The notes under the pieces: model-generated
Told to the model about the DNA's origin: nothing
What the model saw: only the letters and a program-made list of their open reading frames with translations
The model's database searches: none
Part shown: one piece after another, positions 57,296 to 64,000 of the stretch
Numbering within the stretch: position 1 is the stretch's first letter
How the letters are laid out: the number at the start of each line of letters is the position of its first letter
Program-made: the position numbers and the translations under genes
NCBI GenBank assembly: GCA_963780185.1
Contig: CAWABA010000009.1
Span: forward strand, 160,001 to 224,000
Reading direction: 5' to 3'
DNA: 64,000 bases
Source: Candidatus Bathyarchaeota archaeon
Lineage (GTDB): Archaea; Thermoproteota; Bathyarchaeia; Bathyarchaeales; Bathycorpusculaceae

Positions 57296-57990
57296 TTGCT
57301 TCTGAGAATGGCGTATATTCTTATCGTAGCCCATTCCTCTTTAAGCCGGGCATCGTATTGACCGACATCTATTACCTCGTACCTGTGATCCATCAATAAC
57401 TTCAACATAGCATTGTAACCCTTAAGATGCGATGAACGCGTTACCGCCGCTTCTTCCACAAATGGGCTCTCGATTGTAGGCGCCTTTTCGATGCTTCTGT
57501 TTGTCTCCAGGAAGAACAGCCGCGGCTTGTTTTTATTCAAAAGTTCAGCTATTGAAGAAGTAAAAGAAGGCTGGAAACATAGCTCGAAGGCTCCGAGAAG
57601 AAGAAAAACGGAAAATGGGGAATCATCGTCGGATTGGAGTTTGAAACCGTCGTATGAAGAGCGAACCCAGTTGCCGCCTGGATAAAGCCTTTTAAGGTCT
57701 TTTACCGCGTTGCGATTGTCATCAAAACCTGTTATTTTGTACCCTGACTTGAGCAGCGGCCCTGCCAACGGAGAGTACCCACACATTATATCCAAAAAAT
57801 TGTCGCCCAATTTGAGATGCGATTTCATTATGGCGAAAAGAGTTTCTCCCCTGGATGCTACACCTTTTAGGTAAGGATATTCATAACGCGCAGTAATCTT
57901 ATTTAAAATTACTATAGCTGGCTTTTCCAACCGCAAAGCCTGCAAGATTTTGTGACTAAAACTCTTTTTTGCTTCATTCAAATCTTCCAC
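57292..57990 (-). CDS. Class I SAM-dependent methyltransferase-like protein
   Basis: FLDIMCGYS...ITGFD resembles motifs I/II. Confidence 0.65.
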   Translation of the reverse strand: MEDLNEAKKSFSHKILQALRLEKPAIVILNKITARYEYPYLKGVASRGETLFAIMKSHLKLGDNFLDIMCGYSPLAGPLLKSGYKITGFDDNRNAVKDLKRLYPGGNWVRSSYDGFKLQSDDDSPFSVFLLLGAFELCFQPSFTSSIAELLNKNKPRLFFLETNRSIEKAPTIESPFVEEAAVTRSSHLKGYNAMLKLLMDHRYEVIDVGQYDARLKEEWATIRIYAILRSK

Positions 57991-58054
57991 CTTCAGAAAT
58001 CAGCAATTTGCCTTACGAATCGCAACTAAACCTGAAAACGCCGTTTTAATTCGC

Positions 58055-59167
58055 TTAGTGAATTTTTGCCACGGAAAGATGCTTTCCAAGCGAGGTTACC
58101 AATGGCGTCAACACTTCTTTCTTGGTAATAAAATCGTAAACTATCGGAACAAATCTCCTTTTTACCGCGCGCACCTCAAGATTGTTTCTAATCAGCGTAT
58201 TCCACTGCTGCTTGTAGCTTTCGTCACCCCTCATGAAATCGAATTCACTCAGTCCTTTTTCAATAGAGTCCTTTATCGAGTACAAGAAAAGAAGGTGCCC
58301 TACGCGATACTCAGAGTATTTTGGGTCAAACCCTGTAAGATAATTGAACATCTTGTTTCGATATTTGAATGCATAAATCGCTGAGACAGGCTCATCGTTT
58401 AACGTGAGGAAACAAAGATTTAGCCAGCCATTTTCGGCGAAAGACCTCGCGACGCTTAAATGAAATTCGCGAAACTTTTGATTGGCAAAAACACCCGCAC
58501 GATTTTCTGACTGCCATTTTATTTGATGCAAATAAAAGAATTTTCTCATGGCTTTGTCAAGAGTATTCAAATCTTTATGAACGTGGAAATCGAGTTTGAA
58601 ATCGCTTTGTGTCTTCTTTTCCCATCGACGGAGGTTTCTTCGAAAATTGGAGCCCAGCCCCTGCAGGTAATCTTCGAATCGAGTTGGCAAGGTTATGTAA
58701 GGACAGATATTCAAGTTTCTTTCCTCAAACTTGAGTTTTTGCGGGGAGCATGCGTCTAGAGTCTTCAGGGTCTCGGAGTCTTCCGGAACATCTTCAAATT
58801 CTATGCAGTCCCAACGTGAACCTTTCCCGCTTACATAATCCAACATCAAACTTGCACACTCAGCTTTCTTGTCGGCCAACAAAAAGGTTTGATAGTCAGC
58901 TGCGGGAGTTCCTACGAACTCCATTTTAGTCAGCTTTAATCCGGCTAACTTGTATTTGGAACTCATCAAGGGAGCTGCTGCAATCAGCTTTTCGCCGTCG
59001 CAAACAGTAATCAACCGGAATATGCGTTCGTTGCCAAAATGCTTCCACCATGTTGATAACCATTCCCACGTGAGAAATATGTGGTTGTCGCCGCTTCTTT
59101 GAAGGGCATCGTCCCAGTCAGCTTTATAGTCCAAAAATTGCTCAAAGTTTAATTCGTCTACCTTCAT
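58055..59167 (-). CDS. GNAT-family acyltransferase (CelD/BcsL), paralogue of 52847..53971
   Basis: FLTWEWLSTWWKHF, AAPL, GFDPKY and FDFMRGDESYK. Confidence 0.88.
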   Translation of the reverse strand: MKVDELNFEQFLDYKADWDDALQRSGDNHIFLTWEWLSTWWKHFGNERIFRLITVCDGEKLIAAAPLMSSKYKLAGLKLTKMEFVGTPAADYQTFLLADKKAECASLMLDYVSGKGSRWDCIEFEDVPEDSETLKTLDACSPQKLKFEERNLNICPYITLPTRFEDYLQGLGSNFRRNLRRWEKKTQSDFKLDFHVHKDLNTLDKAMRKFFYLHQIKWQSENRAGVFANQKFREFHLSVARSFAENGWLNLCFLTLNDEPVSAIYAFKYRNKMFNYLTGFDPKYSEYRVGHLLFLYSIKDSIEKGLSEFDFMRGDESYKQQWNTLIRNNLEVRAVKRRFVPIVYDFITKKEVLTPLVTSLGKHLSVAKIH

Positions 59168-59213
59168 GCAGTATCCCTCGCGTCTACATCATATTTCAAT
59201 TTTCCAACTTGCA

Positions 59214-60356
59214 TCATTGCTTGTTTTCCCGCAAACATTCACTGTAAATGCCAGCGGTCATCTTAGCCACTTTTTCCCAAGAGAAAGTTTCAGCTCTTTT
59301 CCGCTCCATTGTTGAAAATCTTTCTCTCAAAGTGGGTTCATCCAGTAACTTCGTCATAGCTAAAGCCAAAGCCTTGGGATCCTTCGGCGGAACAAGTAAT
59401 CCTTCCCCGCCCAAATACTCCGGGACGCCTCCTATGTTTGAGGCTATGACTGGAGTGGCATTAGCCATCGCTCTTGTAACCACGTTGCTTCCAGACACAG
59501 GAAACGAGTAAACTGCTAGAGTGAACACGCTTTCTTGCATCTTTTTATCGAATTCTGCCTCACTAAGTCGATTTCCCCAAACAACCAAATCCGAAACGCC
59601 GATTTGCGCCGCCACTTTGGTTGCTTCATTTTTTTCAGCGTCGCTGTAAATGCCGTAAACATGTAACTGTATGGCCCGATTTTGGTCCCTTAATATTTTC
59701 ATTGACTGCAGAATTGTCCAGAAGCCTTTGCCTTTGGTTGGGGATCCAAAAAAGGTGATTTCCGTTCGATTTGTCTTTAAAAGCCGAGGGAGCTTCGTGC
59801 CATGAGGTACCAATCTTATTCTTGACTCTGGAACGGCCAGAGACATCATTTTTTCCTTCATTTCCTTTGAATGGACAAGTATCAAGTTTGCATTTTTGTA
59901 AGAACGACTCAAGAATCGAAATCTGGTCATGGGGTCAATAGAGTGAACGGTAACTACGCGCTTCTTCATTACGGGAATTGAAAGAAGCATGCATAACGTG
60001 TTCATCCCGAATGATTGTGCTGAGCTTTGCTGAAAATGAATTATGTCGCTGTCTTTGCATTTTGCCAAGTAAGCGATTCCTCTAAGCGATTGGAGAAACA
60101 ATGTTGTGACAGAAATCAATGGATGAAGGAAACGGGGGCTGGAACCCTCTTCCAACGCAGGTATGAATGGCGGGAAAGAAACAAATTTGCAGTTGTCTTG
60201 AAGAAAACTCTTTCGCCCTTTGTACCGTTTAGAGCAGCCGCAATGTGACGAGATTATTTGCCAATCTATTTCAGCACCTAAGGCATCGCGCAAGTTGGTC
60301 GAGTAGTTTGCCATTGAAATGTCCTTGTACCAGCAGGTGATCATTGCTACCTTCAT
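59214..60356 (-). CDS. Glycosyltransferase family 4 (GT-B)
   Basis: TVH, VPHG, KG, AMA..TPVIASNIGGVPE and FSWE. Confidence 0.9.
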   Translation of the reverse strand: MKVAMITCWYKDISMANYSTNLRDALGAEIDWQIISSHCGCSKRYKGRKSFLQDNCKFVSFPPFIPALEEGSSPRFLHPLISVTTLFLQSLRGIAYLAKCKDSDIIHFQQSSAQSFGMNTLCMLLSIPVMKKRVVTVHSIDPMTRFRFLSRSYKNANLILVHSKEMKEKMMSLAVPESRIRLVPHGTKLPRLLKTNRTEITFFGSPTKGKGFWTILQSMKILRDQNRAIQLHVYGIYSDAEKNEATKVAAQIGVSDLVVWGNRLSEAEFDKKMQESVFTLAVYSFPVSGSNVVTRAMANATPVIASNIGGVPEYLGGEGLLVPPKDPKALALAMTKLLDEPTLRERFSTMERKRAETFSWEKVAKMTAGIYSECLRENKQ

Positions 60357-60585
60357 TGCAGATTCACCTAATGTTTTGAAGACGGGATCAATATTTTTCT
60401 AAGAGACATACAACTCTTCTAAATCTCTAATGGTCAGCGCAGGAAGCCGATCATTGCTGCTGGAATCGGGACTGGATTTTCACAGACGTAAACCGACAGG
60501 CAAGCCGTCGCTTGATTACTCAGCCACCCCAGCTATGTTTTTGAACTTTCAGCGATAGTCTTTTTAGAACGCCGCTTACTGTGGG

Positions 60586-61185
60586 TCATAGTGTCATGTT
60601 TAGCCATAGACTCACGTAACGCTGGTTATATTGGAAAGCATTAGCTGTGCTGTTGAAAAGCCATAATTCGAAAACCAAGTTACCATAATAACCCGCCTTT
60701 TGAGGATCCCAAGCAATCGTCGTTGGACTAAGGTTCAGCGAGAAACCGTTGACAACAATATTTTGCATGTCAACTTGACCAGTGATGTTCAGGTGAGGCG
60801 TGTAGTAAAAGGAAACAGTGATTGGCAACTCGACCGCTTGGTTATTAGCCACGCAAACTGAAAGAGCACATAAAGACGGAAGGGCACTGGCGGTTTGTGT
60901 GAAGCTGTTTGGGGCAGATTGCGTTTCGTTTCTGAATTTTACCTCAACCTGGTAATAGGCGACTGATTTTAAATGGTTGTTAATTTTCAGGTAAAGGGGA
61001 TAATTTTGCCCTGCTGTAACGTTGAAGGGATAAGTGGGGTTATGGTAAGATCCCAAAACCGACAGTTCAGTTAAGCCAGCCATTTGAGGGGCGACAACAA
61101 ATCGTTGAATGGCAGGCGAAGCGGTGAATAACGCTAAAACAACTGTTACAACAAGAATTGTTGTTTTGTATTGTTGAATTGGCAT
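60586..61185 (-). CDS. DUF1616-domain membrane-anchored protein
   Basis: N-terminal TM helix, TEL..LG....YP.NV, Y...VK, L.FELW and C-terminal LWLN.T. Confidence 0.75.
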   Translation of the reverse strand: MPIQQYKTTILVVTVVLALFTASPAIQRFVVAPQMAGLTELSVLGSYHNPTYPFNVTAGQNYPLYLKINNHLKSVAYYQVEVKFRNETQSAPNSFTQTASALPSLCALSVCVANNQAVELPITVSFYYTPHLNITGQVDMQNIVVNGFSLNLSPTTIAWDPQKAGYYGNLVFELWLFNSTANAFQYNQRYVSLWLNMTL

Positions 61186-61629
61186 TCAGCTTTTCCCGCC
61201 TCTCTTGTTCAAAATTTCCCAAGCCCCTACGCCGACATTCAAAATGGCAACAGAAACTATTATCGATAAAGCGGTAATCAAGAGATTCTGATTATTCGTA
61301 TTGACGGCGTTGTCATGAAGAGTTGAAGCTTCAGAAACAACACCGTTCAGCGAGCTTTGGCTTTGGTTTGCATAAGTTAAAGCCAAGCTGTAATCGTTAC
61401 TTGAATACGCCAGCTGAGCCTTAGACAATGAATCTGCCGCGTAGTTAAGGGTAGACACAAGCGAATCCACGTTTGCTCCGGCATCCTGCGCCTGTTCAAC
61501 AGCTTCATAACAGCTCTTCAGGCTGTTCTGCGCCGAAGTAATCGCTTCCTTTGCGCTGTTCTGGGCGAAAACCGGAGAAGCAAACAGTGAAGCCGCCACG
61601 AAAAAGAGGACAACGGCTGGGGCGCACAT
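61186..61629 (-). CDS. Secreted helical protein with a C-terminal TM helix, start approximate
   Basis: Signal peptide, Ala-rich helices (A..AGANV..L...LN.A) and a C-terminal hydrophobic segment. Confidence 0.7.
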   Translation of the reverse strand: MCAPAVVLFFVAASLFASPVFAQNSAKEAITSAQNSLKSCYEAVEQAQDAGANVDSLVSTLNYAADSLSKAQLAYSSNDYSLALTYANQSQSSLNGVVSEASTLHDNAVNTNNQNLLITALSIIVSVAILNVGVGAWEILNKRGGKS

Positions 61630-61664
61630 TTTTAAGCGTTTAATCAGACAAAACCCAACCAAAA

Positions 61665-62021
61665 CTAGACATCTATCGTTTCTCGTGCCGCCGTGAAGGA
61701 TAGGAACTCTTTGATTGGGCACAAGTTTTCCAAGACTTTTCTTTTTGTGGAAAAATCGTTAATGTGTTTTTCCATGTTTCTGCTACATCGCGCGTACTCT
61801 TTGTATGCGTCCAAATACTCCTGTCCCTTGACCGTCAGTTTGTATCGTTGATCACGATTTTCGAACATGACCAGCGAGGCATCGACAATTTCAGCCAAAT
61901 AACGTTGCAAGACCTTATAGCTTAAGTTAGCTTGGTACATTATTCGTGTTTTTTTTGCGTCTTGGCTTGCAACATTTAGAATGTCAGCTATTATGTCAAG
62001 TCTATCTCTATAATTGCCCAA
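61665..62021 (-). CDS. Archaeal winged-helix transcriptional regulator (HTH_45-like)
   Basis: YRDRLDIIADIL...KKTRIMYQANLSY...Y.LT.KG..YL. Confidence 0.88.
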   Translation of the reverse strand: MGNYRDRLDIIADILNVASQDAKKTRIMYQANLSYKVLQRYLAEIVDASLVMFENRDQRYKLTVKGQEYLDAYKEYARCSRNMEKHINDFSTKRKVLENLCPIKEFLSFTAARETIDV

Positions 62022-62060
62022 GCGGAGTTTCCCCTAAAATCTTTTTTAATCTTTAGAATT

Positions 62061-62444
62061 TTAGACGTGCAGCCATCCTCGGCCACTCTTTTTCAACTGC
62101 TGTTTTTCCTTCTTTTCCTCAGAGCAAAGTTGTTGGGAACGTTGTCTCTGCGTTTTTTGGCTCGTGATGTTCGTTTTCACGAATTTTGCCCATCCGCCGA
62201 CATGTGGGTCAGGTGGAACGTATCTTTCCGCGTTCATGACTTTGTGTTCTTCAAGGATTTCTTTGAAATTTAATGCTTTGAAGTCCCGTGTCGCGTGGAT
62301 TACTGTGCCTTTGTCTACGAAAAGTCCGTTGTAATCGTTGACTGCTACGCCTTCAGCCCTCACTCTGTCATCTAGCCGCTCTATCCAGAGCCGTTTCCAC
62401 TCGATTTTTAGTTCTTCAACGAATTCTTTCTGGTTCAAGCTCAC
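62061..62444 (-). CDS. Hypothetical protein at the head of the glycan cluster
   Basis: 127-aa ORF with W..LW.ER.DD.VRAEG and GGW motifs. Confidence 0.75.
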   Translation of the reverse strand: MSLNQKEFVEELKIEWKRLWIERLDDRVRAEGVAVNDYNGLFVDKGTVIHATRDFKALNFKEILEEHKVMNAERYVPPDPHVGGWAKFVKTNITSQKTQRQRSQQLCSEEKKEKQQLKKSGRGWLHV

Positions 62445-62865
62445 TGCTTACGAATCCCTCCATGTTAGAAGCGGATAAGAAAAACAAGTTTTCGATGTTT
62501 TATGTCTGCAAAACTAGAATGAGGACTAATTCCTCAAATACCTAAATGCATATGAACCCTTATAAATGGACAGGAAGAATTGTTCTATTCTTATCTAAAA
62601 TTAACTTGGGTTTTCTGTATCTTATGTTATTTTATGGCTGTTTATGTTATTATTTGCTATAGAACAAACCATGTTTGCAGAAGAAGAATTTTACTCGGTA
62701 GCTGCGGCGACGAAGAGACTCACCGAGGGAAAAGTCTCCCTGCAGAAATCAATTGATAGCTAAAGAAACGTGCTTCTAATAAGTGTTATTGATTGCTTAC
62801 TTGCACGCTTAGCCTCCTTGCAACATTTAAATGCCTCTCTTACAATTATTTCAGAAGGGATTATT

Positions 62866-64000
62866 ATGGCACGTTCAATTTCCGCTGAAGATGTTTATTC
62901 AAAAGAATACCGAAGCGTACAAGAAAACGATACGCTTTCCCGATGCTTAGAAGCCTTCGAAAAAGGTATGCTCCCCGTCTTAGCCGTTTTAAACGACAAA
63001 GGAAAATACGAGGGCATGATTACCCGCCGAGCGGTTTTAAGGTCAAGGCTTGACCTCAACGCTACAAAAGTTAAAACGTTGATGAAAACTGCACCGCCGG
63101 TAAACCTTGACTTTTCAGTGAGCAAAACAGCAAAGTTAATGATTGAAAGCGGGTTGAGGCAGCTTCCGGTTCTTGAGAAAAACAAGCTTTCAGGCTTCAT
63201 CACCGACGAAAACATAATCCATTCTGCAGTTACGCAGGATTGGGGAGCCACCAAAATCGAAACCATCATGACCCGAGCTCCCCACACTCTTGAAGCAAAT
63301 CGTTCAGTAGGAGCGGTTCTCAGCTTAATGCGGGAGTACGGTGTTTCGCATGTTCCTATCATGGACAGCGGAAAACTTGTTGGCATGATTGGCATTGAGG
63401 ATATTTTGGAGAGTATTTATTGGCCGCAGAGGCGTCAGACAACTGGGGACATTGTTGGAGAAAAGATTGAAACGTTAAGCGTTCCCGCTAAAGGTATTCT
63501 GAGAAACCCAGTGGTGACGGTTGAGCCGCAGACTAGTTTGCGTGACGCCGAGAAAATGATGCATGATCATGACGTTTCCTGTTTAGCAGTAACGTCGAAG
63601 GAGCGCTTGGTTGGTGTTGTGACGAAGCTTGATTTTCTTGAACCTATCAGCCAGCTTGAAACCGCTGAACGCAAATTGTCGATTCAGTTCGGCGTTAAAG
63701 AGGTTGATATAACGCCTGAGCAGCAAGCCTTCATGATGGGTGAATTCGACTCATTCACACACAAATATCAAGAAGCATTCCAGCTAGGCACACTATTCGT
63801 GTACATGAAAAGCCACGGTAACACAACCCAGCGGGAAACACCTATGATCCACTGCCGCCTCCAATTCAGAACCGTCAGAGGCACTTTCTACGGCGCATCG
63901 GAGGGCTGGGGGATCGAACCCACATTCCGAGTCGCATTAGACCGCCTAGACCGCAGATTGCTAAGAAGCAAAGAGTTGCTGGCATACAATCCACGGTACG
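62866..64000 (+). CDS. Four-CBS-domain protein with a C-terminal HPF/RaiA-like domain (candidate ribosome hibernation factor), 3'-truncated by the window edge
   Basis: Not in the track because there is no stop in the window. ATG at 62866 (MARSISAEDV...). CBS motifs LRQLPV, VSHVPI and LVGVVT..D. The C-terminus ends ...GASEGWGIEPTFRVALDRLDRRL. Confidence 0.85.
   Translation, partial: MARSISAEDVYSKEYRSVQENDTLSRCLEAFEKGMLPVLAVLNDKGKYEGMITRRAVLRSRLDLNATKVKTLMKTAPPVNLDFSVSKTAKLMIESGLRQLPVLEKNKLSGFITDENIIHSAVTQDWGATKIETIMTRAPHTLEANRSVGAVLSLMREYGVSHVPIMDSGKLVGMIGIEDILESIYWPQRRQTTGDIVGEKIETLSVPAKGILRNPVVTVEPQTSLRDAEKMMHDHDVSCLAVTSKERLVGVVTKLDFLEPISQLETAERKLSIQFGVKEVDITPEQQAFMMGEFDSFTHKYQEAFQLGTLFVYMKSHGNTTQRETPMIHCRLQFRTVRGTFYGASEGWGIEPTFRVALDRLDRRLLRSKELLAYNPRY

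Noticed and set aside
62895-63395. 166-aa minus-strand ORF
   Set aside because: Antisense shadow of the CBS-domain gene on the + strand.
1-64000. CRISPR array, rRNA or intact transposase/integrase
   Set aside because: No regularly spaced 25-45 bp repeats with spacers, no rRNA-like stretch, and no ORF with DDE or complete tyrosine-recombinase catalytic motifs were seen.

Overview
Archaeal chromosomal window, most consistent with Bathyarchaeia (TACK). That call is inferred from the cdvB-cdvA-cdvB-cdvC ESCRT division locus, TFB, LipS2, a TrmB regulator next to a PQQ-propeller surface protein, and GGTGA/GGAGG ribosome-binding sites. The core genes are apgM, lhr, cdv, a degenerate homocitrate/isopropylmalate synthase-like gene, an arrestin-fold protein, lipS2, DUF447 with a dihydropteroate synthase-like gene, pyrD/pyrK and tfb. 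A ~20 kb minus-strand surface-glycan cluster (42.7-62.4 kb) follows, and the window ends in a truncated CBS+HPF-like gene that the ORF track missed. Small accessory insertions sit between the core genes: (i) a VapBC cassette flanked by a duplicated 3' end of lhr; (ii) a 3 kb AT-rich element bounded by 14-bp inverted repeats, carrying a decayed integrase N-terminus, micro-proteins and repeated palindromes; (iii) a 20.4-22.7 kb islet with a frameshifted PD-(D/E)xK nuclease, a tRNA-like structured element and a wHTH pair; (iv) a lone QueC-like gene with a double-AbrB gene and a 10-bp phased array. Three genes appear to start at non-canonical codons (ACG, ATA, ATC). The ORF track mislabels the strand of 49656..50825, which is on the minus strand. 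Several single-base frameshifts may be assembly errors. All family calls come from motif recognition by eye; no searches were run.
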